Assembly (NCBI GenBank): GCA_031835245.2
Contig: JAVKOQ020000035.1
Span: 186,001 to 250,000 of the forward strand
DNA: 64,000 nt
Direction of reading: 5' to 3'
DNA from: Balamuthia mandrillaris
Lineage: Eukaryota
Part shown: positions 45,053 through 57,300 of the stretch, piece by piece
Position numbering within the stretch: position 1 is the first letter of the stretch
Layout of the letters: every line of letters begins with the position of its first letter
Translations under genes and position numbers: made by a program
Notes under the pieces: generated by a model
The model's database searches: none
Told to the model about the DNA's origin: nothing
Seen by the model: the letters and a program-made list of their open reading frames with translations, nothing else

Positions 45053-47040
45053 TTCTTGCTCCGCAGCTTTTCTCTCTCTGATACCTTGTATCGGTTGATG
45101 TTACTGCTAACAGGGACCAGGTTAACCCAAGTGTGCTGTTCTGTCATGGTTATAGTACATGGAATTGGAGGATTACAGTGGTCGCATAAATATTTGCTGT
45201 AACGTTCAGTTGAGTAACCAGAAAGAAAGCAAAAGAACGAGCAAAAGAAACACAACAAGAAGAGAAAAGCGTACAACAGGATAACTCGTTGCCGATTGAG
45301 GCCATGAGTGATGAATCCAATAGGAATGAGATTGCTGTTGAGCTTTTGTTTGAGAAGTTTGCTCTGCGAGTCGTAAAGCATCTGGCTGTCATCTGAGAAT
45401 GATCCTCCCATACAGCTTGATACCTATTCACGTGTTGTCAACCGCTTTCTCTTTCAGGGGATAGTAGAAGAAGAAGTAGAAGAAGAAGGAGAACAAGAAG
45501 AAGAAGAAGAAGAAGAAGAAGAAGAACAAGAAGAAGAAGAACAAGAAGAAAGATACCTGTAAAGCAATAAGCCTAACTTTGCTTTCAAACGTTGGGAACT
45601 TTGAGCAAAGCAACCGCGTGATCTTTACTATCCTTCGGAGCTTCTTATCCACGTTTTTATCTACAAGAATGATTTCTGGCTCCTCTACATTTATCGGCCG
45701 CAGTCGTAACTCTTCCAACGGCACGTTGGCTTCACTCCGTGCCGCTCCAACATCAAACCAACCATCTGCAATTTGTTCATGTTCTGAGAATTCTCTTGAC
45801 AAAGCATCTCGTTTTTCACTTCCTCCTGATGCTGGTGCTGGATGGTGACCTTCGATCATGTCTGCATGGTAATGGTATGATAGCCATCCTCTTGCTCTTC
45901 CTCCGCATAAACGCTCCCTACTGGAATCTCATAGCCAAGCCCCATTTCAATACATTCTTTAAAGTGGCTGCTGTCCTCTCTTTTTGCGAAGATGATGCCA
46001 ATCACGTCTTCTTCTATAAACAGCTTATACATCAACGAAAGAGAAAAGCAACATAGAAACAACGAGAAGAAGAAGAAGAAGAAGAAGAAAAAGAAAAAGA
46101 ACAGAACAACAAAGAAGAGAAATAGCAAAAATAGAAGAAGAAAGAAAGAACGAAAGAAATAAACAAACGCAAGAAAGAAAACGAGAATAACAAAAGAGAA
46201 ACAAAAAACAATAACCTACCAGCTGTATAAATGAAAAAGTATCGAGTGCTATCCACCACGCCGTAGAGGTCGGATGTGTAGGCGGAGATCAGCGCCTCAT
46301 CACCCCTTTCTGCAGAGTAGGGATAGATGTGCAGTTCGTTGCCATTTAACAGACAAATGGTGGCTTGGTCGTCAAAGTCTGGCCATGCCACCGCCCTGTG
46401 GTTGAAGAAACACCCAAATAAGAAAGGCAAACGAGAATAACAAAACAAGAGATAAAAAGAATGGATAAAAGTACCGATCGTAGTCGCAGGAAAGCAAAGT
46501 CGAAACAAGATAGACTTCCCACGAAGGGCAGGCATCGCTGTGGCTCAGCAATAACTTTCTTCGAAGCACCTCCTTATCCCCGTTGTTGTTTCGATCGCTT
46601 GCTTTCTCCTTCTCCTTCTCCTTTTCCTCCTCTTCCTCAAAGCTGCAAGTGTCGTCGCTGTAGTAATACAGAGGACACTTGCGAGGAGCCTTTGGTGTTT
46701 TTGCTTCCTTTGGTGTGCGTGCTTCATCCTCAAAGAGAAGAACATCGTCCAAAGCGATAAGGCTCTGTCCCAGGAAGCAAAGCTTGTTGGTGTCATCGAT
46801 GAGCCGATCCACATTCTTCTCGTCGCTGTAACGCAGCAATGCAGGACCAAACACGAGGCCTAAGTTGACGGCATTCATACGGTTAAGAGCGTGATGAGCA
46901 GCAACCTTGCGCAGCAATAGTAGCAACCGCCTAAGCACTGCTCTGTTGGCGGGTGGCAGGTCTCTCAGTGCCTGTTGTAGCTGCCTCACGTCCATTCGCA
47001 GTCGGTTCCCTTTATCTGCTCAGAGAATGAGAAGCCAAGC

Positions 47041-47079
<39 letters not shown>

Positions 47080-48075
47080 AGAGATGAGAACAGACCAGCC
47101 GTAACGCACTCCACTGTGAACAGTTGGTATCGCTCGAACGTGAGGAGCGGTTCCTTCAACTGACGCAGGTAGAGCTTGATCAGGCCGCAGACCGTATGAG
47201 CACTGGGACACCGTTTCTTGAGTACCTCTCCAAAGTCCTTTCGTCCGCTGTTTACTTTCTTGCGAAGGTCCTCTATCTCGGTCTTGCTCCCAGGAAGCCG
47301 AAAGAGGCCTTCCACCACTAACATTCCTTTTGACGCAAAGAAAGTTGAGAAGAACAAGAAGAAGCAAGAAGAGAAGATGAACGAAAAAGAATAAGAAGAA
47401 GAAGCAAAAGAAGAAGAACAAGAAGCAGAAGAAGAAGAAGAAGAAGAAGAAGAAGAAGAACAAGAAGCAGAACAAGAACAAGAAGAAGAACAAGAACAAA
47501 AACAAGAACAAGAACAAGAAGAAGAACAAGAACAAGAACAAGAACAAGAACAAGAACAAGAACAAGAAGAAGAAGAACAAGAACAAGAACAAGAACAAGA
47601 ACAGGAACAAGAAAAGGAATGAGAACTACAACGAGAACTACAAACCTCTTTCTTCTAGATATGAGAAAGCTTGTTCAAGGAAACGAGGAATGCCTGAGCT
47701 GTCATCCTGGACGGCCTCCTCGACGGTGCCACCGAAAAACAACGGAGAGGAGCCTTTCCTATGGAACAGTTTTTTGAGCTGCTGTTTGCCGGTCCGCTGC
47801 TCCTTTTCTTGGGGCTCTAGAGGTTTGACCTTGACCTTGACCTTGCCGCCGGAGGCAGAGAGCATGCCGCCGATCCCGTCGCCTCCGTCGGAGGGCTCGC
47901 TGGAGTCGCTCCCGCTGTTGCCTCTCATGTGCAGGAACGTACGAGTCCAACGCTTCTCCCTCTTGTTGTTGTTGTTGTGCTCTGCGCCCGTGGGACTCAA
48001 GGTGGTCTTTTTGTCAGAAGAAGTGGAAGTGGAGGAGGAGGAGCGGTCGCCTTCTTTGCTCTTCTTCTCTTCCAT
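43576..48075 (-). CDS. RhoGAP - EDR1 domain - TKL-type protein kinase, multi-exon (start codon uncertain)
   Basis: IPRFL..EGLFRLPG..KLYLRQL..NRMNAVNLGLVFGP (RhoGAP); DGWFDVG, EIILVD, MGG, IPIGFI..GLNRQR, IDLM..PGRL (EDR1); LGSGAFSSVY, HRDIKSANIL, CDFN, GTPRYMAPE (kinase). Confidence 0.85.
47351..47612. repeat. (AAG)n/(AAGAAC)n intronic microsatellite
   Basis: Visible tandem array. Confidence 0.9.
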
Positions 48076-48392
48076 TTCTTGGTCAAGTTTGAGAGAGACG
48101 AACTGGGGTTGGTAAACGAAGGAAGCCAAGGACAACGGGATGATTGTCCAGAAATTTATCCGATTAAAATCATATCATTTAGCGAGACAGAATTTGCCCT
48201 CTTTCTATTTTTTTCAGCCAAAGGGAGAAGAGAAGCAGAGAAGGAGAGAAGAGAAGAGAGCAGCAGAGAAGAGAGACGGAAGGAAGGAAGGCAAACGAAG
48301 AAGTTAAAGATGGAAAAGGGGGAAACGGGGCTAATGTGGAGGAGGGAGAGAGAGTTCCCCAATAACAACATATATTTTGTGAAAAAAAAAAA

Positions 48393-48830
48393 GCCTGGGG
48401 TGGAGTGTAACACCACCATCAACCCGGTCTTCCAACTTGTAAACAACAGAGGCTGATGGCCAAACGGCGATAGAGAGGGGTTGGCTAATGTTGGCCGCAC
48501 CAGGCTGCTTTCAGCATGCATCGTGCTTCCCCTTTTGCACAGATACCTGCAAAGGAGACAAAAGAGTTATGGGAGAGAGAGCGAGAAGCAAGGAAGAAGA
48601 ATATTCTCTTCTTTTTCCACTCCACTTCTCTCTTCTCTCTTCTGTTTTCCCACACACAATCGCAAAGGCCGCCAGCAGAGGAAAGGGTTTTTGTACGTCG
48701 AGGAAGGCAGGGGAGTGTTCAGCCTGATGCGGCAACTAGGTTAGCCAACCCGTCTCTCCCTGACCCATGGTCATGCAACGGTGTAGCTTTCTGCAATACG
48801 GGATGATGGTGGTGAGATCCCACCTCAGGC
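48393..48830. other. Long imperfect inverted repeat (candidate structured ncRNA or foldback element)
   Basis: Four nested 11-14 bp complementary blocks, bounded by A-run on the left and T-run on the right. Confidence 0.7.
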
Positions 48831-48868
48831 TTTTTGTGTTTCTTTTTTTTAAAGAGAGTGAGTGAGAC

Positions 48869-48902
<34 letters not shown>

Positions 48903-48948
48903 TCTTTCTGAGGAAGAGACAAAACGGAAATGGCGAATGCAAACAATT

Positions 48949-49136
48949 TTAAACAGTAAACTTGAGGCATCGGTTCTCCTCATGGATGCCTTTGCACTTG
49001 ATACAACAGTAACGCAATCCACACCGCGTGCAAGTATAACTGGACAGATATCTTTTGTTGCAAAACATAAGATTTCTTTAGTTGTCAATAAAGAAAAAAA
49101 AGAGAAGAGAAGAGAGATAGAAAGGCGAAAACGAAA

Positions 49137-49175
<39 letters not shown>

Positions 49176-49947
49176 TCAGAAGATACCCGCAAACACTACA
49201 GAAATGACGAGGAGGGAAGCGAGAAGGAGCAGCGGCGATGGTGAAGTAGGTCGGCACGTGGGGCGGATAGTTCTCGTAGCCGGCATTCTCCAAGACTTTG
49301 TTGAAATTCTTGACCAACCGCATCTGCCGTTGGACGTCTCTTTGGGTCGTCTTCTTTTTCTTTTTCTTGGGAGTGTATGTGGCTTCTGTGTTTGTTGCGT
49401 TGATGTTAGAGAGGAGGAATAAGGGCAAAAGAGAAGAACAAACGAGAAAAGAAACGGAGAAGCAGAGCAGACACAAAACAAAGAGGAGAGAGGAGAGAAG
49501 AGCAAAGCAAAGAACGAAAGTACGAGACCAAGAGAACAAGAAAAGAGCAGGCAATTGAAGAAGGGAGAAGAAAAGAAGGGAGAAGAGAGAAGAGAGAATG
49601 GAGCAAAGAACAAATGGGTGACCTAATTCTTCGGTCTCCTCGATGATGGGCGCAGGGGCAACATCAGCCGTTTCAGCGGGTTCCTCAGCAGCGTAGTTAT
49701 CATGCTCCAGCGACTCCAGCCGCTCCTCCAGCTTTTGCTGGCGAAGCAGGATGGGGTCCCGTTCCTTTATCCGTTGGCTTTGCACTCGCAGCCTGCCTTT
49801 TTTAGTTTATCCTTCCCTGCGTCAGTCTTTTGAAAGAGAGAAAAGTAGAGAAAGAAGAGAGAGAGAGAGAACCAGATTGACGGCGTTTGTTTGGCGTGCT
49901 ACCCACAGAGGAGGATTGTTTTTCTTTCGGTTGATACGCCGCATCAT
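48949..49947 (-). CDS. ZNHIT1: SWR1/SRCAP subunit VPS71/ZNHIT1 (zf-HIT)
   Basis: RLESLEHDNY; PTYFTIAAAPSRFPPRHFCSVCG|YLSSYTCTRCGLRYCCIKC..HEENRC. Confidence 0.92.
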
Positions 49948-50018
49948 CTATTGTTTTTGTGAATTTTTTAAAACATTACAAACTCACGAAAGAACCATCA
50001 AAGAAGAAGGGATAAAGA

Positions 50019-50057
<39 letters not shown>

Positions 50058-50276
50058 GCACCATCTTTCCTTTTGCTTCCTCTGCTACTTCGTTTCATCT
50101 TTTTATATTTTTTTTGTTGTAGATCAGTTAATACGTCACGAATCTTGATCACACTAATTGTCGACATATTTTGTGCGATCAATAATCATTGGAATCCTCT
50201 CAATAATTTGAAATATATCGAAAAATGCAAACAATAATTTGGTTGTCGACAACAAAATAACAGAAAGGAAAAGAAA

Positions 50277-52469
50277 ATGGCCGAAGGAGAAGCTGTCTCT
50301 TCTCCCACCGTTGTTGTTGTTGCGGCTGCTATGGAGGAGGAGGCGGAGGAGGTGGAACGAGACGGGAAAAAAGAAGAGGAGGAAGAGGAACATAACAACC
50401 ACCCCCACCACCGCGTGCCGATTTTATTGCATCATCCCCCAAAGCTTTCTTCTTCCGTCGATACCTCTCGTTCCACTCCCGCTTCCTCTCCTTCTCGTTC
50501 TTCTTCCTCTTCCTTCTTTGCGAACCGCAACAACAGCAGCAATGGCGATGAAAAGCAACAGCACCAGCAACAACAACAACAACAAGCGCCACCGCCCTAC
50601 ACAGCCGCTCAGGTGCTCGAGTTCATGAAGTTAGATGGCTCCTTTGATAAACTCAGACAAAGCTTTCTTCAATCTTGCGAACATTCGGTACCACTTTTTT
50701 TCAATTCTCTTCTGTTCTCTGGCTTTTCTTTTCTCTAAGACCTCCAAAAAAAAAAAAAAACCAAAGGGAGGAGCGGAAGCACTTCGACGGAGAACGAAAG
50801 AGCTGATCGAGAGCGGCCCCACTTGGGCGAATGACTTGGCGGCGGCAAAGCAGCAGCCCAACAAAGCCCGCGCTAAACGCACGCTTCATCGCAAACTATT
50901 GAGCGAGCTCAAAAAGTTTGTTTTCTCGTCTTCTCGGATCGCGTCTCTTCTGCTCTCATTCTCATCTCTTCTCTCTTCTCTCTTCTCTCTTCTCTCTTCT
51001 CCCTTCTCCCTTCTCCCTTCTCCCTTCTCTCTTCTCTCTTCTCTCTTCTCTCTTCTCTCTTCTCTCTTCTCTCTTGCTTCTCTGCTTCTTTAAATTTGTT
51101 TTTATCTGACTTTTGTTGTTAACAAAAACAAAGGACAAAACTTGGTGAAGATGTTGATAGAGAAGTGGAGGAGGTGCTCTATCATAGCAAGCACTTTAGC
51201 AGCTCCGTAATGGAACACATCGCTGCTGCGGTGGATGCCATGCTCGCAAAGAAGAAGGCAGCAGAGGAGGAGGCCGTTCGTCAAGAGAAGCAAAGACAAC
51301 TGGAACGCAAGAAACGAGAGGAACAAGAGCAGAAGCGGCGCGAAGAAGAGGAAGATGCTGAAAAGAAAAGACAGGAAGCAGAAGCGAAGAAAAAGCTTCA
51401 AGCAGCAGAAGAAAGTGAAGTTGCCCGCAACAAAAGTGAAGCAAGCAACATAGTATCGAATGGGGAAGAAAAGAAGGAACAAATAAAAGAAGAGGAGGAA
51501 GAAGAAGAGAAGAAAGTGAAAAGCAATGGCTCGATAACTGTCGAATCGGAGACCTTAACAAAATCGAAGAAAATAGTATTGGAGATAAAAGGCAGTGATG
51601 ACAGTTCTTTATCCAGTTCAAGTGACCTAGAGAGTTCGGATGACGATTCTTCCTCATTGTCTACGTCTTCGCCCTTACCTTCCTCTTCTCCTCTGACTAC
51701 TTCCTCTTCCTCTTCTAGCGAGAAGGAAGAAGAAAAAGAGGAGAAAGACGAAGAAGGAGAAGAAGTAGATGTCGTTGCAGTAGAAAAAGCACCACCAAAA
51801 AAGAGAAACAACAAACGGAGAATTACCACAAGAAGAAGTTCTGCTGCTGCTGGACGAAAGAGAAGAAGAATCCAACTTGACATTGATGATGAAGACGAGG
51901 ATGAAGAAGCCAAAAGCGAGGAAGAAGAAAATAGAGGGAAATCAAAGAAGAACTCCAAAAAGAGAGCTACCACGAAGCAGCGTGAAACCGCGACAGTTGG
52001 TAAGCGACGTGCACAACGAGGCAAAACACAAATGAAAGAAGAGGAGGAAGAAGAAAAAACGGAGAGCTCGGACGACAAAGAAAGAGAAGAGGAAGAGGAA
52101 GAGCAAAAGACGATAAACCGCAGAAGGAGCGGTCGTCAACGAACTCGACGAAAGGCTGCTGTTAGCAGCTTTCCTCACAAGAAGCGCAGCAAGATGCTTC
52201 AGAATGAGGAGAACGAAGAAGAACAAGAAGAGGAAAATGATGAGGATGAGGACGAAGTTGACGATGAAAAAGAAGAAAAACTCAGAGCAAAAGCAAGAAA
52301 ACGGTTTCAACAAGACCATCAAATCAGCTATTCTTCAAGGAGACGTCGTTCTACAACTGCTGCCACTTCTGTTCGTAAAAGCAAACGGCAGCAACGAATT
52401 CGCCTTCAACAACAACAGCAGCAGCAACAACAACAACCACTAGGACGACGCCAACGGCGGATGCGATAG
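50277..52469 (+). CDS. BOD1/Shg1 (COMPASS-associated) domain protein with a long charged low-complexity tail
   Basis: VLEFMKLDGSFDKLRQSFL motif; acidic/basic tail. Confidence 0.7.
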
Positions 52470-52606
52470 ATGAGAGAGAGAGAGAGAGAGAGAGAGATTC
52501 TACCGGAAGAAAACTAAACGACTTACAGAAAAAAAAAACAAATTACAACAAATAGCTTTTAAAAGGAAGAAGAGAGCGAGAGAGAAAGAAGAAAGGAAAG
52601 TGGTCG

Positions 52607-53888
52607 TTAGAGGCCAAGACAAAAGGTGTAGGTGCTTCGAATGATGTCCGTCATGGAGATGACGCCGATGGGGACCATCGCCGAGTTGACCACCCACACC
52701 TGGTGCTTGTGACGACGCGCAGACAACATCTTGAGCATGATCTCAGCCAAGTTGTCCCTGCTATGGCAAGTCAGCGGATGTACCAGCTTTCCGTCCTTCT
52801 CTCTTCCTTTCAGATAGTCCAACACCGGCAGAAGAACCTTTTATCAAGAATATCAATTAGCCTGCAAAACGAAGAGCAGATCGCGAACAGAAGAAGAAAG
52901 AGACAGAAACGAGGACAGACGGAAAGCACATAGAAATGAGGAAAAGTAAAGACGTCGTACATCCTTGAGAGAATCATTATGAATGCCCTTCAGATCGGAA
53001 GTAGAGAGAGTGGTAATGATGCTGTTGTCCTTCTCCGCTTCCACCACTGGCAAAGCCTGCACCTCGTGCATCTTCATCACACGAAAGCCCTCCAAAGCGG
53101 TGGCATAGCTAGGCAGCGAGGCGACCCCCTTGCCCCCTCCTAACGGGTTGACGAGGTTCAACTCCTCCACTCGCTTGTGCACCACCTCGCCCAGTTTGCT
53201 CTCGTTCTTGCTCAAGAAGCGGATGACGTCCGATTGAGTGAGCAAATAGCATTTGTCTCCCTCGCCTTCCTCGGACTCTACCAGGCATCGGTGCACGCCT
53301 TTGTGAAAGTATTCGAGCACCGTGAAGAGGTCCGTGGACTCTGTGCAGTACCAAAGGTCTTCGCTCTCTCTGGAAGTCGCTCCCAGCAACGCACTTGCTT
53401 TGAGATCTGTTGGTTGTGTCGGCGTGTGAGACAAAACAAGTAAGAAGTTGAAGAGTGAGGGGGGCATGAAGTGAGGGAGGGAGGTTGCCAAACCGTTGAA
53501 GCGAATGGCAGAAAAGTCTTGTTCTTCGAGGCTCAGCTCTTGGTCTTTGAAGTAGGTGGCAAATGCGACGTAAGTCATGATGTCGAACGAACCTTTCGAA
53601 AGCAAAAAGGGGATTAGAACGCACATAAGAGAGGATTAGGTACAAGAGAAGTGAAGAGGAGAGAGGACGAGTGATCATACTGATGATGCCAACGTATTTC
53701 TTCTTGCCATGCGGTGTTTTCTCGTAGATGGGAACCGAGAGTATGTTGTTCTGAGTGAGCAGCTCCAACACGTTCTCGAGGGTAGCGTCCGAGTCGGCGT
53801 CGATGAGCGGCTTGGGGTCGGCGGCGACGAGGTCGCCCACTTTGACCTGCGATAAAAAGTTGCGCACCGTTTCTGGAGTACAAGCCAT
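52607..53888 (-). CDS. Four-CBS-domain protein (SDS23/AMPK-gamma-like)
   Basis: LTQNNILSVPI, KGVHRCLV..LTQSDVIRFL, VQALPVV..LSTSDLKG and HQVWVV..GVISMTDII. Confidence 0.9.
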
Positions 53889-53940
53889 CGTGTGTGTGTT
53901 GTGTTATATATAGCCAAATAAAAGGGTTTTCTCCAAAGGG

Positions 53941-53941
53941 T

Positions 53942-54013
<72 letters not shown>
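53941..54013. repeat. (TTG)n microsatellite upstream of the CBS gene
   Basis: About 24 perfect copies. Confidence 0.95.
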
Positions 54014-54014
<1 letters not shown>

Positions 54015-54172
54015 AGGAATGAGAGACAAGTGAAGGAAAGAAGAAGGTTGAAAGAGAGGGAAAAATATATAGACATGAGGGGAACCTTGCGTTTCGGCTT
54101 GTCGCTACCGTTTAAAAGTCGATTCATTCGATAGTCATCCAAAATGATATGAGATTTCCTTCGAATTTCAAC

Positions 54173-54198
54173 AGCACGTGATCACCTGATCACGTGCT
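54173..54198. promoter_or_regulatory. Palindrome containing two CACGTG E-boxes
   Basis: AGCACGTGATCA-CC-TGATCACGTGCT, ~290 bp upstream of the CBS gene ATG. Confidence 0.55.
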
Positions 54199-54330
54199 CA
54201 ACATTATAAAAATAAACCAGAATTTTGTTTTGTTTGTGCTTTTCGCCCTTCGAAATATGTTTTTTTTGGTTTTGAGGGCGATACCAATAATAAAACCCTA
54301 CATAAATATCACATCCTTGCATAATAAGCA

Positions 54331-57300
54331 TCACTTTTTCTTTCTCCGCTTCCCTTTTTTCTGCTGATGAAGAAACACAATGAGCTGCGAACAACAAAAA
54401 AAAAAAAGAAAAAGAAAAAGAAAAAGAAAAAAAGGAATCAGAAGAAAAAAAGGAAGGGCGACGTACAATCATACGAAGATAGCTCCGCTCCACCTCATCA
54501 AACTCCTCCCTCTCTTTGGCGCGCAGCCGCTGCTGCTGCATGAGGGGCAGGGCCAAAGAGGCCAACATCGCTCTCCGCTGATTGTTGACGTGCAGCTGCT
54601 CCTTCAGGCGCTGCTGCAACAGCCTTATCTCAGCGCAGATCTCGTCGTCCTCTCTGTTGCGGTAGTCAGCTTCCAGCTTCTTCCGCCGTTTGGCCTCCTT
54701 CTCGGCCTGGCGTTTTTCTTTCTCGCGCTCCTTCTCCAACTCTTTCTTGCTCTTCTTTTTGGTTTTGGCTGTTGTGGTAGTTGTTGTGGTAGAAGAGGAC
54801 GATTTAGAACTCGAAGAAGAGCTGCCACTTGTCTTCTTCTTATCTTTGTCTTTGCTCTTCCTTTTGGATGAAGAAGATGAGGAGGATGAACTGTTTTCCA
54901 ACTCGGCGGCAAGGCTATCCAGCTCGTCTTCTTCGTTGAGATCGTCCTCATCATCATCCAATAAGCCAATGGAACGAAGCTCATACCGAATGCGATCCTC
55001 CAGGGAGAGGTAGGAAGGAAAGGAGTAGGTCTTGGTGGGCGGTTCCTCCAAAGGGATTAAGGGGTTGTCCGTCCAGTTGGTTTGAAAGGAGGTAAAGGAG
55101 GGTGGAATGCCGAGATTGTGAGGAAAGTGACTGGCGGTCACAGAAGGAGCAACACCACCGCTACTTGAAGAAGAAGCAACAGAACTTGAGAGTAAGGAAG
55201 CCGAAGAAGAAGCAGAAGAAGCGAGAGACTTTTTGGTGGATGTAGTTTTTGCTTTTTTGGCAGGACCCTTGCCACCTTTGCCACCCTTGCTTCCCACTTC
55301 CTCCTCCGCTGTCTCTCCGCCTCGAGCAGCAGCTCCTGTTGGACCTGCTAACGGTTGATGCCTGTCCACCATTCCGAGACCGACAGCTCCTCCTTTGTAC
55401 TTGTTCAAGAAGCTACTTGGATTGCTGAGGAAATCTTCACCGCCTTCACCATCCAAATCTCCTCCTGCTTCTCCCGTGATCGGATGGCCTCCAATTGTAG
55501 ATTGATACGACGAAGGAAGGCCACCATTGGCAGCAGCAGGGGCAGAAGTGGAGTAGGGAGGAGGAAAGATTACGTTCTCTTCGATAAGGGCGGAGAGAAG
55601 ACGTGAAGTCAAATCACCACATGCTATTGTGGTACCAGCAGGAGGCATGGCAGAAGGTGGTAACTTCAGTTGGCTGTCCTTCTTGTGAGCTTCTTTCTTT
55701 TGGCTGCTCTCCTCTTTGATTGTGGTGGAGTCCTCCCGTTTCCGTTTCTTTGACGTAGTGGATGTTGTTATAGACAATGTAGTTGCAGCTCCTCCTTGTG
55801 GGTCTAATGCAGAGAGTTTCTTCAGCCGTCCTGGACCTTTGCCTTTACCTCGTCCCTTGTTCACGCTAGACTTCCGCTTATCAACCTGGAAGTCATCTTC
55901 CTCGTCTTCCAAAATAGAGCCTATAACAAGAAGAAAAAGAATTAGCAAAGGCTAGTAGAGACAGAGAGAGAGGGACAGAGAGACAGAGAAGAACAAACCA
56001 GCTATATCATCACCTTCAGGAAACGCATAGACATCCATCTCTGATTTCTTAGTTACACCGGTTCGCTCTACCAAGGCATCCTCTTCCTTGGATGAATCGT
56101 TGGTCATGCTATCTTCCGAGAAAATATAGTCATCATCCGACGTTTGACTAGCTTTTTTCCTGTTGCGACTGTTGACCGAACTTGCGCGGGCTCTTCCTCT
56201 TTGTGCGCCACGCCCACGGGAGGTGGAGGGTTTGGGGCTGCTCCTATCTCCAGCGCGCCCTCCTCGAGGGCTAATATCGAGCCCTTGATATACAGAGTCT
56301 TCTTCTTCCCACCGCTGCAGATAGTGCTTGCCAAGGGGTGGTATTTGCCATACTGGATCGTCGGGAGCGTCCACCTGAGTGCATAATCACAGTGAGAAAG
56401 AGGAAAACAAGTGAGAAGCTATTTGGGATAGAGAAAAAGAATTTTTAAAAAAAGTACATTTGGAAGCAGGCGATTCAGATCGTTTTCAGTTATTTGAGCA
56501 AAGTACGGAGCCATGGACTGCCAAAATTCATGTATAGGCTTTGTTGGCTTTAAAGGGTCATCATCCTCTGAGGAACCTCCATCTTCTTGGGCTGGACGCC
56601 CTTTTTTCCTTCGTCCAGGCCTTGTTGCTTTTCCTGTTTTACTTCGCCGATTATTCTGCAATAATATGTGATAATGTCAGACCTCGTTTATCTAAAGGGG
56701 GGCGAAAAAAAGCGGAGAGGGAGAGAGAACCTGACGACGTGGTGAAGGAGCTTGTTTGGAGGACGAGTCAGTAGCCCTCGAGTCGGTGGGGCTTCCTGCA
56801 CCAATGTCTGATCCTCCATGTTCTTGTTTCTTCTCTTCTCTCTCCTCTTCCTTGGCTTCCTTTTCCAGCTTGACAGGATTCAAACGAATGACCGTAGACA
56901 CCTCCGATGGATTATCCCGACCAGAGGTCATGGATTCCGACACCATTTCCATTTCATCCAAGTCATCTAAGTCGCTCCCGCTGGCGCTGTAGTTATCATC
57001 GCTGTCTTTGTTTTTACCTTTTGATTTTCGTTTGTTCATTGTCTTCTTCTCTTTAGCCTTCCGCACGTTGTTTCCACCTTTGTTGATTAGCTTTTTCTTG
57101 CCTTCAATGCTCTGTGCACCAGCTTTTGCTGTGTTGGATGAGGTGCCAAGGAGATCAAATTCATCCTCGCTTTCGCTGTAGTATTTCGGAGGGGCTGCAG
57201 TGCCGCTTAGTCCGCTCATCAGCAAGTCAAACTTGTACATTTCCTTCCGCCTAGCCGACCGCGTAAGGGCTGGTGTTGTCAGAAGGTGGTCCCCAAAGAG

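Noticed and set aside
48452..48473. Hammerhead-like CTGATG-GCC-AAAC-GGC-GATA
   Set aside because: It lacks the conserved A of CUGANGA, has GAUA rather than GAAA, and no stems I/III were found.
48737..48744. CTAACCTA (minus strand) as a telomerase template
   Set aside because: Only 8 nt, partly buried in a stem, and it does not match TTAGGG.
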